A stretch of 64,000 nt of DNA from a virus. Lineage: Duplodnaviria; Caudoviricetes. The notes beneath the pieces were generated by a model, which made no database searches, was not told the DNA's origin, and worked only from the letters and a program-made list of their open reading frames with translations. Each line of letters opens with the position of its first letter. The first letter of the stretch is position 1. Below are positions 27,532 to 35,935 of this stretch, piece after piece. The stretch lies in the IMG/VR virus record IMGVR_UViG_3300028595_000011, positions 451-64,450 of that record. One strand, written 5' to 3'. The translations under genes and the position numbers were made by a program.

Positions 27532-29046
27532 TTACTCCTCACGCTCAAACGTCAGCACCTCTGTCGTTTGGTTGAGGCATATGAAATTTTTGTAGGCTGC
27601 ACCTCTCTCGTGTACGAAATCAATGAATCTTTCGTACGTCGTGTGGTTGTACCCACAAGTCTTAGTGAAATCGAATAGAGCTTGAAGAAACTCTACGTTG
27701 CCAAAGTATACTGTCGGAGCTAGCGTGCTTCTGAAGATGCGACACTCAACAGTGTTCGAATTGCTCGTGTTGATTGCCGATCCCCTGCCGTGTGGTTGTT
27801 CTCCTCGTTTGGTTCGAGCGATGCTTAACAGTTCCTTGTTATCACCCAAGTTTGTGTTGGCCCACTGTCTCAGTCTTTTGGCCGGTCGCCTTGAGATCCT
27901 TGTGATGAATGCTTCATTCTCCTTGAAGAACTTCATAAACTTCAACAAGTGAAAGTTGGTGAAGGCATCGTTGCTCATGTGGACGTGCATCCCACAGTTC
28001 TCAGCATCATATCCTTTCATCAGCTTTGCGAGATTGAACATGGGTTTAAATGCATCCTCGTTCTTCTTCATCCACTCGTATGTGAATGGATGACTGACCA
28101 ACTCGAACCCATTCCTGATTGATGAGTCACTCTTGCAGTAGAAGAGACCGTTCCCTCCATCCTGCTCACCGAGTTGGATCAGTGCAGATTCACGAGGAAC
28201 ACCCTGACCCTTCGCCATTTCAATCTCAACCTCTGTTCCAAAGAACAGCGCACGTTCATCGAGATTGATCTCGACCTTCCTGAAATCGGGAATAGGTCGA
28301 TGACTGTAGTTCCTTATCTGATAAGCACCAGCAACTCTGTTACCTGCCCTTCTGTAACAATCCGGGCAAATGCCAGTGTTAGCACTTAAGTCCCTGACGT
28401 AACGACACCGCACCTCAAGCGTGCCTCCAGGCACATCACGATATGCATTGCTGCAAGATGTACAAGTGTACATCCTCGACCTCATGACGTTTACGTCAAG
28501 CTCACAAACCATAGTAAGCGCAGCCTCAACTTCAGCAACATCTCTCGATCTTCGCTGACGAATGATCGTGTTAATCTGCTGGGCTGCATGAACTCGACAC
28601 AGCTTTCTACCTTCAACTTCCCACACCCTGGAACGGAGCCGATCACTGTCACACTCGGCGCATGGATTCAGTGTATCCATGCAACTGGGACACCAGAGTT
28701 CTCCATTTGGTGACTCCATCCCCTCGGTTTGTAGTGTCGGCTGATCACATGATGGACAGAAAAAGTATGCGTCATTGAAGCACCTATAACAGAGCCGATT
28801 ACCTTGAAGGTCTCGCCTCATCTGTTCCTGTGCATCTTCGTCTCGCGGTGTAAAGCAGAGCCTTTCACAGCCCTCGGCAGAACACTGCTGAACAGCAGGG
28901 GACCCTATCTCTACACACTCTTTACAGATAGCAGTAGTATCCTGCCAGTCGAAGTACACTGGCGCATGATAATCCCGTGGTCCCATGAAGGTAGACTCGC
29001 ACACACAGCACCTCCACTCACTTCGAGCTTTCGGTACGTGCGACAT
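27532..29046 (-). CDS. COOH-NH2 amidoligase (Amidoligase_2/glutamine-synthetase fold) with multi-Zn-ribbon N-terminus
   Basis: FGTEVEIE..KSDSSI..GFELVSHP..CGMHVH..AIN..TVECRIFR. Confidence 0.85.
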   Translation of the reverse strand: MSHVPKARSEWRCCVCESTFMGPRDYHAPVYFDWQDTTAICKECVEIGSPAVQQCSAEGCERLCFTPRDEDAQEQMRRDLQGNRLCYRCFNDAYFFCPSCDQPTLQTEGMESPNGELWCPSCMDTLNPCAECDSDRLRSRVWEVEGRKLCRVHAAQQINTIIRQRRSRDVAEVEAALTMVCELDVNVMRSRMYTCTSCSNAYRDVPGGTLEVRCRYVRDLSANTGICPDCYRRAGNRVAGAYQIRNYSHRPIPDFRKVEINLDERALFFGTEVEIEMAKGQGVPRESALIQLGEQDGGNGLFYCKSDSSIRNGFELVSHPFTYEWMKKNEDAFKPMFNLAKLMKGYDAENCGMHVHMSNDAFTNFHLLKFMKFFKENEAFITRISRRPAKRLRQWANTNLGDNKELLSIARTKRGEQPHGRGSAINTSNSNTVECRIFRSTLAPTVYFGNVEFLQALFDFTKTCGYNHTTYERFIDFVHERGAAYKNFICLNQTTEVLTFEREE

Positions 29047-29145
29047 TCATTCTCCTTTCTGCAACGTCTCATTCATTTCCCGCTGATGAGTGCGTTGTCT
29101 CAATACTCGGCACAGTATGGTGCCTGTCTCAATTGAATAGCTTCC

Positions 29146-29487
29146 TTACTTCCACCGACACAGTGGAGGAGCGGCAATGTCTTCACTTGTCTTGCTTGGT
29201 AGTAGCTGGTCGTCTGTCTGTATGCCCTCCACTCTAAAGGGCAAGTCCCCCTCCCACGCGGACACGTAGTTGCATGGCAAGCCGTCGATGACATCGAGTC
29301 TTACCAATCGGCAGCCAGCCTTTCGTAGCGTTTCCCAAGAGAAACCAAGGAGAATTTCCGCAACTTCAATGCAGGTAACACCACTATCACTGAGTGTCTG
29401 CTCAAAGAATGCCCACTCGGTTTCAGATATCACCTGAACCACACCCCACATCATGCCCTTGAACTTGTCATCGAACTGATTGCTCAT
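29146..29487 (-). CDS. Hypothetical protein
   Basis: ORF in operon. Confidence 0.55.
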   Translation of the reverse strand: MSNQFDDKFKGMMWGVVQVISETEWAFFEQTLSDSGVTCIEVAEILLGFSWETLRKAGCRLVRLDVIDGLPCNYVSAWEGDLPFRVEGIQTDDQLLPSKTSEDIAAPPLCRWK

Positions 29488-29490
29488 TGG

Positions 29491-29730
29491 CTAGTCCAGT
29501 TCGAGCCATGCCCGTGTTTCATCCGATGCTTCCCAGGCATCAAAGGTCTGGGTTGTTTCTTGATAGACATTGAATGCCATAAAGAATCCACAAGCTAAGC
29601 CATCAGCTATGCAGTACAGCATCAGCCAGAGGCGACGGCCACGCTTCCCTTCCCTGGTGATAACCCAGTCATAGAAGCAGCGAAGCATCTTCATTGTCTT
29701 GAAATCAAGACGTTCGATGTACCGATACAT
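29491..29730 (-). CDS. Hypothetical protein
   Basis: AGAAAGGAGG RBS. Confidence 0.6.
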   Translation of the reverse strand: MYRYIERLDFKTMKMLRCFYDWVITREGKRGRRLWLMLYCIADGLACGFFMAFNVYQETTQTFDAWEASDETRAWLELD

Positions 29731-29742
29731 AGCGCCTCCTTT

Positions 29743-30069
29743 CTAAGTTGGTATGTTGCGCTTGATTCGGGAGAGCTTTGCCTTCAGTGGCCTCACGCCA
29801 CCAATCCTCTTCATTTCTGTGTAGCACGTGTGACAGATATACGCACCATGATCGAGATTGATTATTAAATCCAGCTTCCAGTCTGCATCTCGACCACACC
29901 AGTTCCTGTCTGCTGAATTTTCAGTCGTGTCCCAGTCACTTGCCACCTCGCATACATAGCCCTGACCAATCGGGTGCCACTCAAAAAGGTGAGCACCAGA
30001 TTCAACCAACTCTTGTGGTGTTGGCTTGCGTGGTGGCTGGTAGTTTAGACGACGTTCAATGTCTGGCAT
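29743..30069 (-). CDS. Cys-containing small protein ending IKRNIPT
   Basis: AAGGGAG RBS; CHTC. Confidence 0.6.
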   Translation of the reverse strand: MPDIERRLNYQPPRKPTPQELVESGAHLFEWHPIGQGYVCEVASDWDTTENSADRNWCGRDADWKLDLIINLDHGAYICHTCYTEMKRIGGVRPLKAKLSRIKRNIPT

Positions 30070-30084
30070 CTCGTCTCCCTTCTA

Positions 30085-30288
30085 CTACGGTACTTGGTAG
30101 TATTCTTCCCACCAATCTTCATACGCTATGTAGTCAGCCCTCCGAAACGCAGTTCTTATTGACTTGAGCTTCTCAGCCTGGTTGTTGTTGAGGTTTTCGA
30201 GGTACTTGATTCTCTCTTTATACCTCACTGTCACGTACGCCAAAGCCATGCCTTGGAATATGATGCAGCTAATCACAAACAAGTTCAT
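30085..30288 (-). CDS. Small membrane-anchored coiled-coil protein
   Basis: N-terminal hydrophobic helix; AAGGAGG RBS. Confidence 0.6.
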   Translation of the reverse strand: MNLFVISCIIFQGMALAYVTVRYKERIKYLENLNNNQAEKLKSIRTAFRRADYIAYEDWWEEYYQVP

Positions 30289-30566
30289 GGCAGCCTCCTT
30301 TTGATTGCGTTATCAGTAATCATTGCCCTTACTCTTGGCAATCTTAGAAAGCACTCTTCGCACAGCCACTGAACTGGCTGACTCCTATGTACCCTGCGAT
30401 AGTTAGCAACATTCGAATCTATCCAATCTTGCTCTTCAGCATTGAACCCCTCGCACAGTTGATCCTCTTCAATTGCCCTCTCTTGATCATCATCATTAAG
30501 CCTGTAGAAATCAAAGCGGCAGATGATACCCTCTTCAATGAGTTGCCTCAACCCACGCCTTGGCAT
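30285..30566 (-). CDS. Small Zn-binding protein, tandem paralog A (ends IKRRLP)
   Basis: RQLIEEGIIC..WIDSN..LCEECF. Confidence 0.7.
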   Translation of the reverse strand: MPRRGLRQLIEEGIICRFDFYRLNDDDQERAIEEDQLCEGFNAEEQDWIDSNVANYRRVHRSQPVQWLCEECFLRLPRVRAMITDNAIKRRLP

Positions 30567-30578
30567 AGACTACTCCTT

Positions 30579-30866
30579 TCATGGCAGCTTCCTTTTAATT
30601 GGTTCCATCTTTCGATTGCGAGTGGGCGGCAACGCCGTAAAGCAGTCCGCACATAGATATCGTACAGGACCTGGACCTGTAGGCAACAGCCCTCTCCTGA
30701 TGTAATGCACACAATTACTGTCTATCCACTCGCCTTCCTCGGCATCCCATGCCTCACATCTAGCGCCAATGTTCTGACCCGAAACGTACTCACTGTATCT
30801 GATTATTCGATAATCCTCTTGGCAAATCTCGCCGTTCTCTATCAGTTGCCTGAAGTCTGCTGGCAT
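30579..30866 (-). CDS. Small Zn-binding protein, tandem paralog B (ends IKRKLP)
   Basis: RQLIENGEIC..WIDSN..LCADCF. Confidence 0.7.
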   Translation of the reverse strand: MPADFRQLIENGEICQEDYRIIRYSEYVSGQNIGARCEAWDAEEGEWIDSNCVHYIRRGLLPTGPGPVRYLCADCFTALPPTRNRKMEPIKRKLP

Positions 30867-30869
30867 AGG

Positions 30870-31094
30870 CTACCCCATCACTGCTCTCGATAGCTCATGC
30901 TCACACTGAAGCGGACCACGACCAAGTGACTGGATGTAGATCACTGGCAACCCGTGACCGAATTGCACCTGACTCACACCCCGCACGGATCGAACCCGCT
31001 TCTCGAACTGGGCCTGAGTTTCGTGATTGTCTGGTAGCTCATGCGCTTCAACGAGGAACACGAACGAGCGGCCATTCCGCTTAAGTCCAATCAT
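30870..31094 (-). CDS. Hypothetical protein (MIGLKRNG...)
   Basis: ATGA overlap, GGAAAGGGG RBS. Confidence 0.55.
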   Translation of the reverse strand: MIGLKRNGRSFVFLVEAHELPDNHETQAQFEKRVRSVRGVSQVQFGHGLPVIYIQSLGRGPLQCEHELSRAVMG

Positions 31095-31399
31095 GCTTTG
31101 CCCCTTTCCATGCCATCCTCTATCATTTGCCACTCGATGACACAATACACAGTACATACCCATGGTCCACACTGAGCTTCATACATCAGTGCCGAGCCAT
31201 CTGTGTAGCTTCGCCCGACTATCGTCAGGGGTCTGCTATCAGCACAGTGAATCTCACGCTGAAGCTTAACGAAATCCCTGGCCCATGCAGTGGCACGAGT
31301 CAGCGATGGGTAGGCACGCATGTCACTGAAGAGATAGTGCCTGTCCTCATCGTCAACGTGACCAGGAACACACACAAATGTGACAATCTCCTCGCTCAT
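31091..31399 (-). CDS. Hypothetical protein (MSEEIVTF...)
   Basis: AGAAAGGAGG RBS. Confidence 0.6.
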   Translation of the reverse strand: MSEEIVTFVCVPGHVDDEDRHYLFSDMRAYPSLTRATAWARDFVKLQREIHCADSRPLTIVGRSYTDGSALMYEAQCGPWVCTVYCVIEWQMIEDGMERGKA

Positions 31400-31500
31400 G
31401 TGTCCTCCTTTCTGGAACATGAGTTCCAAGCAGCCATCCCACCAGACCCGCATCCTTACCTGATGCTCGGTCTGGCTGCGCACGGGAAGGCTGCTTGCAA
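31400..31500 (-). promoter_or_regulatory. Structured leader: long interrupted stem plus hairpin abutting the SD
   Basis: CAAGCAGCC/GGCTGCTTG, CCAGACC/GGTCTGG, GCATC/GATGC nested; then GGAAC-TCAT-GTTCC-AGAAAGGAGG. Confidence 0.6.
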
Positions 31501-31545
31501 CCCACGCAGGGCTGCTAGTTCCAGTAGTCTGGATCGACTACTGCC

Positions 31546-31842
31546 TCAGCTATTGCCACGATCACCACAGCTACAGCCACAGCCACCAGTACAGCGGTCA
31601 TTAACATCTGCTGTCTCCTTCCAGTCCACAAGCTTGACGGCCCCCTCATTGCTGTTGTAGTACATGATGCTTGGATACTTATTCAGATCGCCATTGTGTC
31701 CGATATACCAGTCCTTTTCGCCATCCTCGAACTTGATGTTGATAGACAGCGGACGCCTGGGGTCGTTGCTGTGGTATATTGCAACATGTATACCAGTTGG
31801 CTTGATCTCAATCCTCGGCTGCCCCTCGATGTTGATCGACAT
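31546..31842 (-). CDS. Hypothetical protein with Cys-rich tail
   Basis: AAGGAGG RBS. Confidence 0.6.
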   Translation of the reverse strand: MSINIEGQPRIEIKPTGIHVAIYHSNDPRRPLSINIKFEDGEKDWYIGHNGDLNKYPSIMYYNSNEGAVKLVDWKETADVNDRCTGGCGCSCGDRGNS

Positions 31843-32080
31843 CAGTCCTCCTTCCTGCGCCGGTTGGCCCTACTCCCCATCCTTGCTCAGTCTTCTCGAT
31901 CTGCTGGATCAGGTTACGACCAACCATCCACCCGGTCACCCACACAACGCTTTCCGCAACAAACCGACCATCAGGGTCCAGCATGTTGCGTATGGCTTCT
32001 TTGTCATCAATGTGTTGGTTGCATAACTTTCTCAGACGTTTGACTTCTTCCTGAAGCTCCGCTTTGGTTTTACCTGCCAT
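31808..32080 (-). CDS. Hypothetical protein (MAGKTKAELQEE...)
   Basis: AAAGGTGA RBS. Confidence 0.6.
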   Translation of the reverse strand: MAGKTKAELQEEVKRLRKLCNQHIDDKEAIRNMLDPDGRFVAESVVWVTGWMVGRNLIQQIEKTEQGWGVGPTGAGRRTDVDQHRGAAED

Positions 32081-32181
32081 GGTCTCACCTTTCCTTGTCT
32101 CTGGCAAACCAGTCAGCCAGAAGCATGTAGATCAGAAGCCACATGCACACAGTAAGCAATGTGTTTTGCCAATCTCCCATG

Positions 32182-32442
32182 TCATTCCTCCTTCACCCCT
32201 CTTAGCAGAGGCATTTTGTGTGCCTTGATAGTCCAAGACAGCACGTCCATGGCAAAGAAGTCATCAGTGCCAGGGCCTGGGCGAATGTCGGGCCATCTGT
32301 TGTGGAGTATGCTTTGCTCTTGCACCAACCCAATTGCCATTTTGTACATCTGCTCCTTGGCAACACGGCGCGTCGCGCAGAGCACCAGCTTCTCTGATTT
32401 GCCAGTCACATTACGCAGGATCACAGCCCACACATATTGCAT
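32182..32442 (-). CDS. Hypothetical protein
   Basis: AGAAAGGAGG RBS. Confidence 0.6.
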   Translation of the reverse strand: MQYVWAVILRNVTGKSEKLVLCATRRVAKEQMYKMAIGLVQEQSILHNRWPDIRPGPGTDDFFAMDVLSWTIKAHKMPLLRGVKEE

Positions 32443-32480
32443 GGTTCCTCCTTTCTAGTAGGCTAGCACGCCAGCCCACT

Positions 32481-32508
32481 AGAAAAGTGGGGCAGGAAAA
32501 CCTGCCCC
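32481..32508 (-). terminator. Intrinsic terminator
   Basis: GGGGCAGG-TTTT-CCTGCCCC-ACTTTTCT. Confidence 0.6.
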
Positions 32509-32600
32509 GAATGTTGTTACCTTACTGTGTCCACAACCCATACGAGTCCACGAACAACAGCCAATAACAGGGCAAGCAGGATGACATCAACAGTCACTGC

Positions 32601-32831
32601 TTAGACCTGCTCTACGGTAACTTTCAGAAGCTCGGGAACCACAAGCTCGCCATCCTCATCCGAGTCCAACGCTTCGTGGCGAAGGTACAGGGTCCGGACG
32701 TGCGACTTGTTCTGCGCCTTCTTCGTTCCCTTGGCTGTGGTCTCGACGAATCGGACCGCACCCTTGGTCACTTTCTCCGGCGCAAAGAACACGGTTCGGG
32801 CAGCAAAGCCCTCCTCTTTCTTTTCCGGCAT
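32601..32831 (-). CDS. Small beta-rich early protein
   Basis: GGAAAGGAG RBS; EKVTKGAVRFVE..TLYLR..LKVTVE. Confidence 0.7.
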   Translation of the reverse strand: MPEKKEEGFAARTVFFAPEKVTKGAVRFVETTAKGTKKAQNKSHVRTLYLRHEALDSDEDGELVVPELLKVTVEQV

Positions 32832-33020
32832 GATGCTCTCCTTTCCGGGCCGAAGCCCTAGTGTATGTACCTCATGCCATAGGTACTAGGCTGTGCCTGC
32901 CGAGAGACACAGCTAACTACCTACGTAGTCTTGCTTGGGGCAGGTGCCCCTTGATTGCCACCCCCTGTATGTGGCTTCAGCTTATATGCTGAGTGCTAAT
33001 ACCAGGTCTGTCTCTTCACG

Positions 33021-33308
33021 CTAACCTCCGTTTCCAAGCACGCACTCCTCTTTCAACGGGAACCTTTCGAGGTGATCGAAGAGCTGCAATATGATCGGAG
33101 CATCCTTTGGAATGCCGAGATCCGTACGAGCTTTGAGCGACCACTTCATGTTGGTCACGGTGGAGTCGAACTCCTTGCCCGCATCGTTGAGGCTGCGACG
33201 CTTGATGCGTTGCACCTCCATCAGATCTCCATCATTGTTCGGAGCGAACACGATCACACTGTAGCCCCGTGAGTACCTCGGCAATGGCCGATCATGGGGC
33301 TGCTTCAC
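33021..33308 (-). CDS. Hypothetical protein
   Basis: GTG start with AAGGGAGG RBS. Confidence 0.6.
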   Translation of the reverse strand: MKQPHDRPLPRYSRGYSVIVFAPNNDGDLMEVQRIKRRSLNDAGKEFDSTVTNMKWSLKARTDLGIPKDAPIILQLFDHLERFPLKEECVLGNGG

Positions 33309-33320
33309 TTTGCCTCCCTT

Positions 33321-33614
33321 CTACTCCAGCTTGTCGGAGCAGGCGATGATGTTAGCGAACACGGCGTCGAACATCTCCCTTGATCTGAACAACGAGACAG
33401 TGAGCGAGTCCGCTTTCCCGTTTGGCCACTCGGCAATCGCACCGTAGCAGCCTCGCATGGAGGGCGGAAGCGCAAGATCTTCCAGTTGCCAAACACGATA
33501 CGCTGTGTCATCAGCCTCCACGTAGGCTTCTGATTCCACTTCGATGTCTCGCAACTTGGCACAGATCTTTCTGTCCTTCTCGCTGTCCAAATCCAAGTGC
33601 CTTACACTTGGCAT
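33321..33614 (-). CDS. Hypothetical protein (MPSVRHLD...)
   Basis: GGAAAGGAG RBS. Confidence 0.6.
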   Translation of the reverse strand: MPSVRHLDLDSEKDRKICAKLRDIEVESEAYVEADDTAYRVWQLEDLALPPSMRGCYGAIAEWPNGKADSLTVSLFRSREMFDAVFANIIACSDKLE

Positions 33615-33727
33615 GGCAGCACTCCTTTCCGGGCATGAAGCCCAGGCTAGGCTATGACCTAGCATTGCACGTCCGCGCTGCGATAGTGTTGGCGCTCGTG
33701 CCTTTCACGCATAGCCTAGCTCACGCT

Positions 33728-33925
33728 TCACGCTTCGTTGTCTACCCGCTGCTCTGCGAGTCTGCGACGTTCCACTAACGTCCCATCGTTGGCGTCCATG
33801 TGAGCCATAAGCTCACGGATACGAAGCTCACGAGCCGATAGCTCGTTGCGCTCACTGATGTGAGCTTGAAGAGCTTGCCAATGGGCGTCAGTGCGTACGG
33901 ATACACTGTATCCTCTGCACTTCAT
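33728..33925 (-). CDS. Hypothetical protein
   Basis: GAAGGGAGA RBS. Confidence 0.55.
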   Translation of the reverse strand: MKCRGYSVSVRTDAHWQALQAHISERNELSARELRIRELMAHMDANDGTLVERRRLAEQRVDNEA

Positions 33926-33945
33926 AGCCGTTCTCCCTTCTAGCG

Positions 33946-34092
33946 TTAGTCAGTACAGAACCAACGGCGCTTCACATTGCTGTGGTAGATTTGCTGTGCT
34001 CGCTCGAAGTTCACGCTGATAACAATGTACTGTTTGCCACAGCGTGCACACTGCACATTCACCTTGTACCCACGGGGCCATTTGAATCCCAT
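33946..34092 (-). CDS. 48-aa protein MGFKWPRGYKVNVQCARCG... (not in track)
   Basis: GAAAGGAG RBS; preferred over track ORF 33950..34144. Confidence 0.55.
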   Translation of the reverse strand: MGFKWPRGYKVNVQCARCGKQYIVISVNFERAQQIYHSNVKRRWFCTD

Positions 34093-34140
34093 GCTGCACT
34101 CCTTTCGATAGGTTCACACCCAACGAGGGTGCAGCCCTCG

Positions 34141-34830
34141 TCATTTGATTCCATGAATGTGCTCAAGAGCATGAAGAGCTTGACGCTCGCTCTTGACACG
34201 GCGGATGATGATACTTTTGGAGAACTCGCCATTGCTGACTTGGATTGTGGCGTCATGGAATTTGGTGACGCCGATCTTGGTCATGGTGACACGCTTTACG
34301 CGCCACGTCTCAGGGCTTGAGTCCACCACCTTGGCAGCGCGCTGCGTCATGTCCACAGTTGGAGCATCAACGCTGTGCTTATTCTTGATTCCGGGAGCGG
34401 TCAGAATGCGGACATTCTTAGCTTCACCGGGATTGTCCTTCTTAGCCTGCTCACGCTTCACCTTCTCGACGGCCTTCAGTGCTTCACCGTTCTCAAAGTT
34501 AGCAATGGGAGCGATGTGGCAGCCAGGGCCGAATGGCAAGGCGGGAGCCTGCTTATGCCGCTTTTTGCCCGTCCGCTTTTTCAAGCGCGAATCCTTGACT
34601 TCAACTGTGGGCAACTCAATCTCGTACGGCCGGAATGGAAATCCAGGGTCCACACGTACTGTATGAGTCCCGACCACCTTGAATGTCAAGATTTCGGTGA
34701 CATTCTCAACAGCTTGGGTCATCCGGTGCAAGCGATTGACTCTGGAAAACCGCGAGCGATTCCCTCTGCGAGTCTTACGCTGAGTCCCGTCCAGCCTGTC
34801 TCGGGTAGGATTGCTGGTAACGTTTGGCAT
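34141..34830 (-). CDS. Basic hypothetical protein, first gene of the leftward arm
   Basis: 229 aa, K/R-rich, GGAGAGG RBS. Confidence 0.65.
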   Translation of the reverse strand: MPNVTSNPTRDRLDGTQRKTRRGNRSRFSRVNRLHRMTQAVENVTEILTFKVVGTHTVRVDPGFPFRPYEIELPTVEVKDSRLKKRTGKKRHKQAPALPFGPGCHIAPIANFENGEALKAVEKVKREQAKKDNPGEAKNVRILTAPGIKNKHSVDAPTVDMTQRAAKVVDSSPETWRVKRVTMTKIGVTKFHDATIQVSNGEFSKSIIIRRVKSERQALHALEHIHGIK

Positions 34831-35105
34831 AAGCCTCTCCGTTTCCAGGGTCGTACCCTCGTTGGCTATGAACCCATCTTCTACTTACCGTGCAGCATTC
34901 TCCTCTGCACCCCTGTCTTTCAGCGTCCATCTCCCTAGGTAGCCTGCTTACTCTGGTACAGTGTGCACCATTTCAGTATCTTCTGGCTCCATCGCAGTCT
35001 CCGGATGGCTGGCCGATCCCTGCTGGCTGTCTCCTCCCGTTGTGGAGGGGTCCAGCGGTCAACCATAGTTTGGGGTCGAGTAGGGTTTCACACCACAAAA
35101 CGGCG

Positions 35106-35324
35106 TAAGTACCTTTGTTTTCAGAAGGTTACAAACGTGCTAATTTTTTAGCACCTCGTGTCCAGCGGAGTTAAGTTGCTGCAAACAAAGGAGTTAAGGC
35201 TAGATACCCATCCGGTCACGGATTTTTTTCTCGCGTATATAATGTCAGCCGCTGTCCAGGGTCCGATAATAACGATTATGTAAACCTGAGTCGTGCTGCT
35301 AAGTCGTTTAAAATCAACAACATC
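35106..35324. promoter_or_regulatory. Three IHF-like quasi-palindromic sites
   Basis: TAAGT-initiated ~25-bp units at 35106-35131, 35172-35196, 35300-35324 resembling overlapping inverted WATCAANNNNTTR. Confidence 0.45.
35259..35286 (+). other. dif-like XerC/XerD recombination site
   Basis: GGGTCCGATAA-TAACGA-TTATGTAAACC: 11-6-11 geometry with ATAA/TTAT inner ends. Confidence 0.7.
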
Positions 35325-35692
35325 ACGAAAATCGGCGCTGAGAAGCTGTCTCGCAGGACGGCGGATGCGGCGCGCACAATATAACAGTCAGGCCGGGAGG
35401 GGGTTCGGCTTCGCCGTGCCTTGCCCCTCCTTTAGTACCCTCCCCAAAATGCCGAATCAAAAAATTGAGAAAACCTCCATTTGACACAAACTCATGTATA
35501 GTAGGGTGTTAGGGTAGGAACTAGAATACCCCTCTCGCTGCTCAGATGGCTCTGTACGGGCGCGTAGGCGTGTACGCGGGATAATGCTCGCGTGGAGCTA
35601 CGTACGCGCACCACGGCGCGTGTGAAGCTGTGGTTCCCGTTTTGTGGACAAAAGTGGGGGGTGGGACCGATGATGATGGTGGGAGGTGCGGC

Positions 35693-35935
35693 ATGATCCG
35701 AGTAACGGTAGAGGTGATTCCCTTTGGGGAAGAGAAGAGGAAGAGAACCATTGGTACGATGAAGATTGTGAACGATGGGGAGGGGAACGTGTGGGTTGGT
35801 GATTACGACGTGCACGTAGAGGATGAGGCGCGGGAGGTGACGGGGAAGTACAAGGATTTCAAGATAAGGAGCTTCAATCGTTCTGGTGGCTTCTGGCGGC
35901 TTATAGGTGCTGCTATTGAGGGGATGGAGAAATGA
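35693..35935 (+). CDS. Hypothetical protein (MIRVTVEVIPFG...)
   Basis: GGAGGTG RBS. Confidence 0.65.
   Translation: MIRVTVEVIPFGEEKRKRTIGTMKIVNDGEGNVWVGDYDVHVEDEAREVTGKYKDFKIRSFNRSGGFWRLIGAAIEGMEK

Noticed and set aside
35438-35784. KOPS (GGGNAGGG) polarity around the dif-like site
   Set aside because: One copy in each orientation; uninformative.
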